From assembly GCA_963822945.1 (NCBI GenBank), contig CAWGJO010000021.1, positions 224,001 through 288,000 of the forward strand: 64,000 nucleotides of DNA, in the 5' to 3' direction. Every line of letters starts with the position of its first letter. Within the stretch, counting starts at the first letter, position 1. Below are positions 1 to 12,293 of the stretch, in pieces. Source of the stretch: an uncultured Gemmatimonadaceae bacterium (GTDB taxonomy: Bacteria > Gemmatimonadota > Gemmatimonadetes > Gemmatimonadales > Gemmatimonadaceae). Below the pieces are notes generated by a model. That model was given only the letters and a program-made list of their open reading frames with translations. It had not been told where the DNA came from and made no database searches. Made by a program: the position numbers and the translations under genes.

Positions 1-1
1 G

Positions 2-403
2 GAGTACGCCGCCCTCGACCACGTGCTCGTCGCGCCGCGGGGCAGCCCCCGCGGCAGCGTGGACGAAGCCCTCGCGCGGCGAGGCCTGAGCCGGCGCGTC
101 GCGCGCTCCGTGTCGAACTTCCTCGTGGCTCCGCACCTCGTCGCGCACGGCAGCTACGTGATCACGATCTCTGCGCGCATCGCCACCCTGTTCGCCGACG
201 ACCTCGGGTTGGTGGCGCGCGAGCCGCCGCTCGCGCTCGGCGGCTACGGCGTGTCCATGGCCTGGCACGCGAGAAATGACGTGGATCCCGCCCACGCTTG
301 GCTGCGCAGCGCGGTCTCGCGGGTGGCCGCGACACTGGGCGCCGTGCCACGACCGAAGGGTCGCGGCCGGCGCTCCAAGCGAGTCAGTGCAGCGTCGCGG
401 TGA
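2..403 (+). CDS. LysR-family transcriptional regulator, C-terminal substrate-binding domain (5' end outside window)
   Basis: Open frame from the window edge: HVLVAPRG...VDEALARRGLSRRVARSVSNFLVAPHLV...MAWHARNDVDPAHAWLR, typical of the NodD/LeuO/DntR-like LysR C-terminus. Confidence 0.85.
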   Translation, partial: EYAALDHVLVAPRGSPRGSVDEALARRGLSRRVARSVSNFLVAPHLVAHGSYVITISARIATLFADDLGLVAREPPLALGGYGVSMAWHARNDVDPAHAWLRSAVSRVAATLGAVPRPKGRGRRSKRVSAASR

Positions 404-1270
404 ACAGCAAGCCGGGCACCAAGGTCGAGTACTTGCCGGTGATGCTGTTGTTCAAGTCCAGGTTCGTGTTGGCGTACATCAACCGGCCCATCACGCCGAT
501 GCCCCACTGCTCGCCCACCCACCACTCGTTACCGATTCCGAGGGCGAGGCCCAACCCGGTCGGGTTGTCGTCGCTGTTGTTGTCGTCGTTGGAGCTGAGC
601 TGAGCGAAGCCCACCATGCCCTGGATGTGCAGACCGGCGCTGGGATCCGGGTAGACGTCCATGAATATGCCCAGCATGGAGAGCGCCACATTGTCGCTCG
701 CGGTGTCCACCTGCTGGCCGTCAACCTCGAGCTTGGCGCTGGGCACGCTCGCGCCCATGCTGCCGCCGCCGATCACGAAGCCCGGCGCCGGCGTACCTCC
801 CAGCAGGAACTCTCCGACGATGGCGAGGCCGGTGATCTTGACGTCCCGCGTGACGGCCGGCGCGGGATCTACGGTCACGCTGGTGGTGAAGTAGCCCATG
901 CCGAGACCGAGACGCAGGTAGAAGCCGTCGTGGTAGTGGATGGTCGGATCCTCCACGGGCGTGGGCGGCGGCGGCTCTTGGTAACCGTAGGCCGGCTGTC
1001 CGTAGCCGGGGGGCGGCGGCTGGCCGTAGCCCGGCGGCGGGGCTTGCCCGGCGGCGGTTGGCCATAGCCGGCGGGCGGCGGCGCGGGCTGGGCCGGCGCA
1101 GGCTGAGCTGGCGCGGGCTGCGGCGGTTCGGGCTGGGCCGGTTCGGACGGCGGGGGCGCCGGCTCGGCGGGAGCGGGCTCGGGTGGGGCCGGCTCGGGCT
1201 GTGCCCGCGCCGTACCGACAACAAAAAAACCACAGCTCAGGACCGCGAAAAACATTTTCAAATGTCGCAC
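384..1270 (-). CDS. Outer-membrane beta-barrel protein with Pro/Gln-rich N-terminal tether (frameshift near 1050)
   Basis: Signal peptide ending ARA-Q, PAPPE/QPPPGYG tract, then alternating beta strands HDGFYLRLGLGMGY...WWVGEQWGIG...LLFTATLH; ORFs 875..1270 and 384..956 join; paralog at 31187. Confidence 0.7.
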
Positions 1271-1300
1271 GTTGCTGCCTCCTCGCTCACCCGCATCGTC

Positions 1301-1975
1301 TCACAGCCAACCAAACACGTCTTCGATGGCCTTTCGGCCTCCGGTTTCCAATACGTCACCGTGGGTCACGATCACGCGGTCGAAATCCCAAGCCAGCACG
1401 CGATCGATGCTCTCGCGCATCGCGCGCTTGTCTCGCACGCACAGCTTGAACATGCGGCTCTGGGCGAAGCCCCCGAGGGCACCGAACGCCCTGAGATAGC
1501 TTCGCGTCCAAAGGTCCGGCGCGTTCGGAATGTTGAAGGCCGCGTCCGTCACGATCAGCGTGCGCGACGGGCGATGCAGGAACAGCACCTCGTTCACGTA
1601 GGGCGCGCCCTTCAGACAACACTGCTCGAAGACGTCTGCCCAGGCCGCCGCGGGCTCGTCGCCGAGCTCGCCGGCAAAGCTCAGGTCGTGGCGCTTGTCG
1701 GGGAGGCCGGGAGCGCCGTGAAGCGTGGCCTCCGGAGTCGCCCGCGCCCAGCCCGCCACCATCAAGTGATGCACCTTGCTGGGCGCCACGATGTGACCGA
1801 CGCGACCCAGAGCCGAGACCTTCAGGGCCAGCTCCGGAGAGTGCTTCACCGGGGAGTGCAGCCACAGCGAGCCGTCGCCGAGGCGCGCGATGGTCATGCG
1901 CGAGCCCAGCGAGAGTCCCGCAATTTTCAGGGGGTGATCCGCCACCCACAGGCCCTCTGCCACGCTGCGAAGCAC
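1301..1975 (-). CDS. DUF4336-family (metallo-beta-lactamase-like fold) protein
   Basis: RMTIARLGDGSLWLHSP, HIVAPSKVHH, EVLFLHRPSRTLIVTD, WDFDRVIVTHG motifs. Confidence 0.85.
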   Translation of the reverse strand: MLRSVAEGLWVADHPLKIAGLSLGSRMTIARLGDGSLWLHSPVKHSPELALKVSALGRVGHIVAPSKVHHLMVAGWARATPEATLHGAPGLPDKRHDLSFAGELGDEPAAAWADVFEQCCLKGAPYVNEVLFLHRPSRTLIVTDAAFNIPNAPDLWTRSYLRAFGALGGFAQSRMFKLCVRDKRAMRESIDRVLAWDFDRVIVTHGDVLETGGRKAIEDVFGWL

Positions 1976-2017
1976 GAACGGGAGGGTAGCGGCGGGACCC
2001 GGGAGCGTGCTAGTGCG

Positions 2018-2225
2018 AGCCGCCGGCGCCGGAGCCTCTCGCCAAATCGCGGAATTTTTGACGCTTTTGTCGGCGTTCCCGCAGGCGCCGAAGCCCGCCA
2101 GGGCAGGCCTCGAAGCGGAGCAGCCAGCAAAAGTCGGACAAACGCTGGCAGGGCGCCGCGAGGCGCATTAGCTTGCCAGGACTTTTCGCGCGCCGGCGGC
2201 TTCCGAGCACAGCGAAAGCGCGAAA
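2018..2225 (+). promoter_or_regulatory. Candidate structured 5' leader of secA
   Basis: 12-bp inverted repeat 2018-2029/2190-2201 enclosing several hairpins, including GCGCC-GCGA-GGCGC (2153-2166). Confidence 0.35.
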
Positions 2226-2247
2226 TAGAGAAGGTCAACCAAGCACG

Positions 2248-5356
<3,109 letters not shown>

Positions 5357-5401
5357 GGCCCGTCACCTCCTGAAAAACGGGCGCGTGATAGCAGTGCTTC
5401 C

Positions 5402-6193
5402 ATGGGAGTGCTGCCGAACCTGCTGGGCAAGAATCGCTGGGAGGTAGCTGCGGGCCTCCTGCCCGTGCTGGCCGATGCGCTGCACTGGCTGGTGTTCGAG
5501 CCCATCAACCAGCAGCTACGGCTGTTGTTGCTCTCGCCGTCCGAGTTGACGGTGCTCGGCTTGCTGGCGCTTTACTTCGCGTATTGCGTGGCGCTGTTCT
5601 TGATCAGCCTGCTGAAGCCGGACATCAAGCTGAAGCTCGTGGAGCTTCGGGGCCGGGACGAACGGACGGGCCGCGAGACGACAACGAAGACGACTTGGCC
5701 GGAGGTGTTGTTCTTCTACCCCTCCTTCGGCTTTGGCATCGTGATGATCATGGCCGCAGCGTCGGTCAGCGGAATGATGGACGACAAATCCGCCCTCTCG
5801 GAGGGCTGGCAACAGCTCGCAGTGTTTGGCGCGGTCGGGTTGTTCTTCCTCCATCTGCTGGCCAAGTTCGCCGGACCCAAGCCACGCGTCGCTGCGTCGA
5901 GCCCGATCTACCTGATGCTGCTGTTGCCCACGATCGCGATCAGTGAGCTGATGCTGAACCTGTCCACCGCGCTGTGGTACCACTTCCTCGGTCCCGAAGC
6001 CGGCGGCTCGGAGCCGAGCGAGCCGAGCACGATGGCGAGCTTCGTCATCGCGGTTCCACTGTTCTTGCTGTTCTTCGCCGCTCCGCGCTTCACGTTCATG
6101 AGCAAGCACTTCACGTGGCTGGCGCTGCTCTCGGGCGTGGGCTTCGCGCTGTACGAGCTGTGGCAGATCGTCGGGGCGGCGCCGCTCTTGTGA
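5402..6193 (+). CDS. Hypothetical polytopic membrane protein
   Basis: 263-aa ORF with about 7 hydrophobic segments and GC3-biased codons. Confidence 0.75.
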   Translation: MGVLPNLLGKNRWEVAAGLLPVLADALHWLVFEPINQQLRLLLLSPSELTVLGLLALYFAYCVALFLISLLKPDIKLKLVELRGRDERTGRETTTKTTWPEVLFFYPSFGFGIVMIMAAASVSGMMDDKSALSEGWQQLAVFGAVGLFFLHLLAKFAGPKPRVAASSPIYLMLLLPTIAISELMLNLSTALWYHFLGPEAGGSEPSEPSTMASFVIAVPLFLLFFAAPRFTFMSKHFTWLALLSGVGFALYELWQIVGAAPLL

Positions 6194-6359
6194 CGAGAGT
6201 GTGAAGCCGCACATCCAGCGCGCAATCTGTCGGGATGACGGGTCTCACCGTCGCCGTACCCCAGTGCTCTTTCCAATCCTACGCGAATTGTCTTTGAGCA
6301 CGCTCCTTCGCCGTGATACAGAACCGTTCCATCTGATACCTGTGGGAGGGTGTTTCGAT

Positions 6360-7552
6360 ATGTCGATTCGCGTTCGCGCTCCACGCGCTTGGGTCTGGTA
6401 TTCGCTCGTATTCGCTGCCGGCGTCATCCCGGCATGTTCAGGGGACGATGACGCCTCGAAGCTCGGCAAGAAGTCGAGCGCGGTGGTCGTCGACCTGGTG
6501 ACGTACACGTTCGAGGGCGCCACGCCCAATGAAACGGCTCCAACGACGGTCGCTAGCGGGGTTACCGCGAGCAGCGTCGCTCGAGAAGGTGCGACTACGG
6601 CGACTACGTTCCCTACGGGAAATCCCGGCACCGCGCTGAACTCCAACAACTGGGTCAACACGTCCGCCGGTGCGGATTGGTACACCTTCACGGTGACGCC
6701 GGACGCCAGTAAGTCGGTGTCGCTTTCGACGCTCGGCTTCGACACCTACCGGTCGAGCACCGGCCCCACCTCCTTCGAAGCGTATGTCGTGCAAGGCAGT
6801 ACCGTGACGTCGGTCGGCACCGGAACCATTGCTGCTAGCACGTGGACGACCGAGTCGTTCACACTGACTGCAGCGGCCGGCCCGTACACCCAGCCTTTCT
6901 CGATCCGCATCGCTGCGTTCGGTGCCTCCGGCACGAGCGGTACCTTCCGTATCGACAACGTAGCGCTGGCCGGCGAGGTCACGAGTACGGCGGATGCTGG
7001 CACCGGCGGTGCGCAGGCGCCGCGGGTGCTGCGGGCGCTGCGGGTGCAGCCGGCGCTGCGGGCGCGGCGGGTGCCGCGGGCGCAGGTGGCGCCGCGGGCG
7101 CTGCGGGCGCTGCGGGCGCCGCCGGCGCAAGTGGCGCTGCGGGCGCAGCTGGTGCAGCCGGCGCTGCAGGCGCAGCTGGTGCAGCCGGCGCGGCGGGCGC
7201 AGGTGGTGCAGCCGGCGCGGCGGGCAGCGGCGGCGCTGCGGGCTCTGCGGGAGCCGGCGGCACTGGCGGAACCGGCGGCACCGGCGCGACGGGCGGCACC
7301 GGCGCGACGGGCGGCACTGGCGCTACGGGTGGCACCGGTGGCAGCGGCGCAACGGGCGGCTTCGGCGCGACCGGCGGCTTCGGCGGCGGCTTCGACGGCG
7401 GCGTCAACAAGCCCCCGGCCAAGTCCGAGGACGACAGCGGCTGCGGCTGCAGCGTGCCGGGCGAGAAGGCACCGAACAACAGCTCGCTGGCCTTCCTCGG
7501 TCTGGCCGGCGCGGCGATTGCGCTGAGCCGCCTCCGCCGACGGAACGGCTGA
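6360..7552 (+). CDS. Surface lipoprotein with beta-sandwich domain, Gly/Ala stalk and MYXO-CTERM-like tail (frameshift near 7015)
   Basis: Lipobox-like IPAC, Thr/Ser-rich domain ending FRIDNV, (GAA)n/(GGT)n tract, tail DDSGCGCSVPG...LAFLGLAGAAIALSRLRRR. Confidence 0.8.
7020..7400 (+). repeat. Degenerate 9-bp coding tandem repeat (Gly-Ala-Ala then Gly-Gly-Thr/Gly-Ala-Thr)
   Basis: Recurrent ggcgctgcg/ggtgcagcc units visible in the sequence. Confidence 0.9.
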
Positions 7553-7574
7553 GCGCTTCAGTCCGCTAGCAACG

Positions 7575-7612
7575 ATGAGCCGCTGCCTTCGGGCAGCGGC
7601 TCATTGTGTTTT
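7575..7612. terminator. Intrinsic terminator hairpin between convergent genes
   Basis: Perfect 13-bp stem ATGAGCCGCTGCC-TTCG-GGCAGCGGCTCAT followed by TGTGTTTT. Confidence 0.8.
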
Positions 7613-8452
7613 CGGCGGGCGCGTGGCCCAGCGCCAGCGCACGCCGAGCTGACCGAAATCCGCGCCCGCCAGGCCGATGGCGTCGGGGCTGTGGATGACC
7701 GGCAAGAACGTGGCTTGCAGATCCACGGTGTCGCCCAGCTTCACGACGGACACCAGACCTGCGCGCAGAACGTACCCGTCGCGCCCCGGGCTCTGCAGCA
7801 CTTCTTCGGCGAAGCCCACGCGAAACGCCCGCTCACGCCCGAAGTGGAACGCGTAGCCGACCCGGGCGCGCCACACCCAGGGCGGCCTGATCACGAGCTT
7901 GAGCGTCTCCTCGTACAGGTCGTGGTTCGAATCCACACCGGTGACATAGTGCCCGGTCACCATCCAGAACGGCCCGCCGCCCGGCAGGCTGACGGCACCT
8001 CGTAGCTCCGCCTCGAGCGTGACCGCGTTCGCATCCGGGCCATCGAGCTGCTCGAGCTCGTCTCGGACGTGGCGCTCGCTCTCGGCCAACATCTTGTGGT
8101 CGAAAGGTGAGAAGTAGCGAGCGCCGGCGCGCAGATCCAAGAGCGGCACCTGGGCCCGGACGCCGCCGTACAGCCCCGCGCCGGAGCCGGAGATCAGCGG
8201 CTGACCGTCGAGCCCGATCCAACGATAGAACGGCTTGCCCACGCCGGCTTGGAACTGCGGGCGCGCATACACCCAGCCGAGCTCCAGGGTGGCCGCCAGG
8301 AACGGTTGCGAGTCGAAACGTGACCAGTACGGCGAGGTGGCTCCGCCTTCCACGCTGGATCCCGGCGGGAGCGGCCCCGGCACCAGGGTGTCCGCCGCGC
8401 TAGTCCGCGCGCTCGAGATCAGCAGCAGGGCTGCCCACAGGGCGCGACGCAT
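7601..8452 (-). CDS. Secreted protein, probably an outer-membrane beta-barrel, of unknown function
   Basis: Signal peptide, alternating aromatic beta strands, ends FGQLGVRWRW; TGATG overlap with the upstream PAP2 gene. Confidence 0.65.
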   Translation of the reverse strand: MRRALWAALLLISSARTSAADTLVPGPLPPGSSVEGGATSPYWSRFDSQPFLAATLELGWVYARPQFQAGVGKPFYRWIGLDGQPLISGSGAGLYGGVRAQVPLLDLRAGARYFSPFDHKMLAESERHVRDELEQLDGPDANAVTLEAELRGAVSLPGGGPFWMVTGHYVTGVDSNHDLYEETLKLVIRPPWVWRARVGYAFHFGRERAFRVGFAEEVLQSPGRDGYVLRAGLVSVVKLGDTVDLQATFLPVIHSPDAIGLAGADFGQLGVRWRWATRPPKTQ

Positions 8453-9417
8453 CAGAACGTCCCTCCCAGCGAGACGCCACCGGGATAGGGCACCAGGTGC
8501 AGCTGGCGTGCGCTCTCGCGGCTACCGCCGTCCTTCACGCGATAGTGAAACACCCACGGCAAGCCGAGCCCCGCTACGGTTCCCCAGGCGGCGCCGACCA
8601 TCACGTCGGACAAGTAATGCATGTCACCCACGACGCGCAGCGTGGCGGTGGCGGTGGCTGCCGCGTAGCCCGCTCCGCACGCCAGCGCATCGGCAGCGCC
8701 GCCGCCGTACAGCTCCAGCTCCTGGTGGTGGATGCAGATCAAGCTGGCTGCGGCGAAGGAAACCGACGAGTGTCCACTGAAGAAGCTGCGATAGCGATCG
8801 TTGCGGCGGCAATCGAGGCCGTCCGCGTCGAGCTCCGAGCCGCAAGTGCGACCGTAGGGCCGCTCACGATTGGCGAGAGCAGCAACCAGACCGTGGACTC
8901 CGGTCGTCACCGCCAAGACTTCGGCGTCGATCAGCAACATTTGCTCGGCTACGTCCGGACTCCGGTGGTACCAACCAGCGGTAGTCACGGCATCGGCCAG
9001 CATCGGCGTCGTGACGGTCACGGCCAAGAGCACGTCACTTGCGTCCCGGGCGCGCCGCCGCGCGAGGTAGCCGTCGAGCCGCAGCTGATCACGCGCGTCT
9101 TCGTCGGCGAGCACGCCTCCGGTCCAGCGGCCGACGTAGGCTTGATCACCAGCGCGCCGACCGCCAGCGCCATGGACGCGCCCGTCAACACGTACTCCTC
9201 CGTGCCGAAGCGCGGCCAACGCCAGCGGCGCGCGGGCGGCTGCTCCGCCGAAGGCGACGCTAGCGCATCCAGCGTGCGTGACTCTCGCGGCGAGACGTCG
9301 CTCCCCGGGGGCGCCTGGGGGAAGGTGACGGTCTCGGGGGGGCGCTGGGCCAACGCCGGAGCCGTCAGGAGCAGCGCAGCCCCGAACAAGGCGCAGGGGA
9401 AGCGAGTGGCGAGGCAC
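8452..9417 (-). CDS. PAP2 (phosphatidic acid phosphatase 2) superfamily protein (frameshift near 9135)
   Basis: RERP, SFFSGHSS and LRVVGDMHYLSDV catalytic motifs; the signal-peptide part is in ORF 9018..9389. Confidence 0.85.
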   Translation of the reverse strand: MPRHSLPLRLVRGCAAPDGSGVGPAPPRDRHLPPGAPGERRLAARVTHAGCASVAFGGAAARAPLALAALRHGGVRVDGRVHGAGGRRAGDQAYVGRWTGGVLADEDARDQLRLDGYLARRRARDASDVLLAVTVTTPMLADAVTTAGWYHRSPDVAEQMLLIDAEVLAVTTGVHGLVAALANRERPYGRTCGSELDADGLDCRRNDRYRSFFSGHSSVSFAAASLICIHHQELELYGGGAADALACGAGYAAATATATLRVVGDMHYLSDVMVGAAWGTVAGLGLPWVFHYRVKDGGSRESARQLHLVPYPGGVSLGGTF

Positions 9418-9437
9418 GGGGAACCGAGACGGCTATC

Positions 9438-10477
9438 CTAGACTCGTCCCGCGCGCCGTGCTGGCCAAGGATGACCCTTCACATGTCTTTGGCGCAGCGG
9501 AACCCGGCCACCAGGATGCGAAATCCGCCCGGATGGTGCACGCGGTTCGACGCGCGCAAGCCCTTGCGGCCGATAGTTGAACGCCCCGCCGCGCAGAACG
9601 TGCTCGCATTCGGCCGGGATCGGGTTCGTGCCCGTATAGCCCTGCTGGTGGTTCCGGCGCAGCTCGTCCTGAGCTTTCAAAATCTCTTCGCACGATCCCG
9701 GCTTGCCTTCCGAAGCCGTGGGCCGTTTGTACGCATACGGGTCGTACATGTCCTCGACCCATTCCCACACGTTTCCGGCCAGATCGAAGTGCCCATAGGG
9801 GCCTCGGCCTTCGGGGTAGGAGCCGACGTCCACGGTGGTGCCGTTCTTCGCCCCGGCGAAGGCGCCGTGCTTGTCCTTGTCGGCGTTTGTCGTTGCCCCA
9901 GGGATACTTTCGCCCGTCGTCGCCGCGCGCCGCGCGCTCCCATTCCGCTTCCCGCGGCAAGCGCTTACCGCGCCACTCGCAGTAAGTCTTGGCGTCGTTC
10001 CACGACACCCCGACGACCGGCTGCTTCGGATGACGGAAGTCGCGGTCGGAGCCGTACTTCATGGCCACCGCTACACCCTCGCGGTACGGCTTGCAGACTT
10101 TGGCCTGCCACACACTCGAGGTAGGCCTCGTTGGTGACCTCCGTCTTGTCGAGCAAGAAGCCCTTCACGGTGACCTTGTGCGCTGGACGCTCGTCCTGCT
10201 CGCCCTCGTCGTCCGCCCCCATCGTGAACGTGCCGCCGGGTACCGGCAGCATGTCGTCGGGGATCTCGGGCTTGGGCGGCTCCGCACTGGCGACTGGAGC
10301 GGCGCTGGCGCTGGCCGGGCGGGGGGCGGCGGCTTTGCCGGCTCGGGTGGTTTCGGCGGCGGACGTGGGCCGGGTGCGGTCGCGGCTTCGGCCTGAGCCG
10401 CAGCCGGCGGAGCCGCGCCCGGGCCGTTGCAGCCGAGAGCGAGGACGGACGAGCGAGAGCAGTGAAAAGCGACGCAC
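9438..10477 (-). CDS. Formylglycine-generating-enzyme (FGE-sulfatase/SUMF1) domain exported protein (several frameshifts)
   Basis: [70 protein letters not shown] spread over ORFs 9965..10528, 9433..10113 and 9438..9833. Confidence 0.9.
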
Positions 10478-10587
10478 GACCCAGGATCTAGGGCAATGCG
10501 CCGAATCGGGCAAAATCAGCGGGCCCACGGGAATAAATCCACCCTTTTCCGAGCGGCTCCGAGCCGTGCTAAAGCCGCGAACATCGC

Positions 10588-11550
10588 ATGATCGAGGTCG
10601 AGCACCTGACCAAGGACTACGGCACCGTGGTGGCCGTCCGCGACGTTTCCTTCAGCGTCGGCAAGGGCGAGGTCGTGGGCTTTTTGGGTCCCAATGGCGC
10701 CGGCAAGAGCACCACGCTCAGGATCCTGGTGGGCTTCTTGGGCGCCACCTCCGGCCGCGTCCGCATCGGGGACCACGACATCGTGGAGCAATCCCTCGAG
10801 GCGCGAAAGAGCGTCGGCTACATGCCGGAAGCCGCGCCCCTGTACCCGGAGATGAGGGTGCGCGAGTACCTCGCATTTCGCGCGCGAGCCAAGAAGGTGC
10901 CCCGTGCAGAACGGAAGAAGGCCGTAGCTCGCGCCATGGAACAAGCAGCGGTCACGGAGATGGCGGACACGCTCATCCTGCACCTTTCCAAAGGTTACCG
11001 GCAACGCGTTGGGCTGGCAGACGCGCTGGTGGCCAACCCGCCGCTCTTGATTCTGGACGAGCCGACGGCAGGCCTGGACCCGAACCAAATCCGCGACGTG
11101 CGCCGCTTGATCCGGGAGTTGGGGGAGAGCCACACCATCCTACTTTCCACGCACATCTTGTCCGAGGTGGAGTCGACCTGTGACCGCGCGTTGGTGATCG
11201 ACCGGGGGCGTCTAGTCGCCGAGGGCACCATCGACGAGCTGCGAAAGCGTCGCGGCGCACGCGCGGCCAGCCTCTTGGTCCGGGACCCGGATGCCAAGGG
11301 CAAGGGCCTACTCGGCGGCATGGACGGCGTCCGCAAGGTCAAAGGCAGCAAAGCCGACGACGACCTGCGCCGCTACACGCTGACGATGTCGCGCGACGCC
11401 GACGCCGGCGAGGTGCTGGAGAAAGCCGTCGCTTTGCTGGTCGGCGCCGGCGTGGGCGTGCGCGAAGCCAGCCCCGTGCGCGCGACGCTCGAAGACGTCT
11501 TCGCTCAGCTCACCCACGCGGAGCGCGCGGCGGAGGAGGCGGATTCGTGA
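10588..11550 (+). CDS. ABC transporter ATP-binding protein, GldA-like
   Basis: GPNGAGKST Walker A, LSKGYRQRVGLA signature, LILDEPT; operon context with GldF/GldG homologs. Confidence 0.9.
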   Translation: MIEVEHLTKDYGTVVAVRDVSFSVGKGEVVGFLGPNGAGKSTTLRILVGFLGATSGRVRIGDHDIVEQSLEARKSVGYMPEAAPLYPEMRVREYLAFRARAKKVPRAERKKAVARAMEQAAVTEMADTLILHLSKGYRQRVGLADALVANPPLLILDEPTAGLDPNQIRDVRRLIRELGESHTILLSTHILSEVESTCDRALVIDRGRLVAEGTIDELRKRRGARAASLLVRDPDAKGKGLLGGMDGVRKVKGSKADDDLRRYTLTMSRDADAGEVLEKAVALLVGAGVGVREASPVRATLEDVFAQLTHAERAAEEADS

Positions 11551-12293
11551 GCGGACTTGCTGCGGTGTACCGGCGCGAGATGCTCAGCCTGTGGGTAACC
11601 CCCCTGGCCTGGGTGCTGTCCGTGGTGTTCCTGCTGCTGCAGGGGATTTCCTTCTATTCCATCGTTGTCCACATCTCGAACCTGTCGCAGGTCTCGATGG
11701 ACAACGGTCCGGTGCAGGCCTACTTCGGCCAATCGATATTCCTGCTCGTCTCGCTGCTCTTGGTCTGCCCCGCGCTGACCATGCGCGTTCTCGCCGAGGA
11801 GCGTCGCAGCGGCACCATCGAGGGGCTGCTCACCGCTCCCGTCACTCCCGCCGGCGTCGTGATGGGCAAGTACCTGGCGTCGCTCACCACCTACATTCTG
11901 ATGTGGGCGCCCACGGTCCTGTACGTCGTCATCCTGCGCAACACCGGACACATCGAGTGGTCGGTCGTGGGCTCCAGCTACCTGGGCGTGTTCGGCATCG
12001 GCGCGGGCTATCTCGCCCTCGGCACGCTGATGAGCGCAATGACGCGCAGTCAGCTCCTCGCCTTCGTGCTCACCGTGATGGTGCAATTCGGGCTCTTCAT
12101 CATCGGCATCGGCGAGTACATCTTCGATCCCGGGTTGGTGCACGACATCTCCAGCCACGTGTCGGTGCTCAGCCAGATGGACGAGTTCTCCAAGGGGATC
12201 GTGGATCTCCGCCGGCTGGTGTTCGACGGTAGCCTCGTCGCCGTCCCACTGTTCATCACGGTAAGAGTAGTGGACTCCTGGAGATGGGGCTGA
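11547..12293 (+). CDS. ABC-2 permease, GldF-like
   Basis: PALTMRVLAEERRSGTIEGLLTAP, VMGKYL, FSKGIVD motifs; about 6 TM segments; GTGA overlap. Confidence 0.88.
   Translation: MSGLAAVYRREMLSLWVTPLAWVLSVVFLLLQGISFYSIVVHISNLSQVSMDNGPVQAYFGQSIFLLVSLLLVCPALTMRVLAEERRSGTIEGLLTAPVTPAGVVMGKYLASLTTYILMWAPTVLYVVILRNTGHIEWSVVGSSYLGVFGIGAGYLALGTLMSAMTRSQLLAFVLTVMVQFGLFIIGIGEYIFDPGLVHDISSHVSVLSQMDEFSKGIVDLRRLVFDGSLVAVPLFITVRVVDSWRWG

Noticed and set aside
2018..2201. 6S RNA or c-di-GMP riboswitch upstream of secA
   Set aside because: Length is similar to 6S but pairing is multi-branched rather than one rod with a central bubble; the GGCAAA/GACGCAAA core of c-di-GMP-I is absent
7921..7945. GTGG-TTCGAAT-CCAC resembles a tRNA T-arm
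   Set aside because: Lies inside the minus-strand CDS 7601..8452 and no acceptor, D or anticodon arms can be built around it
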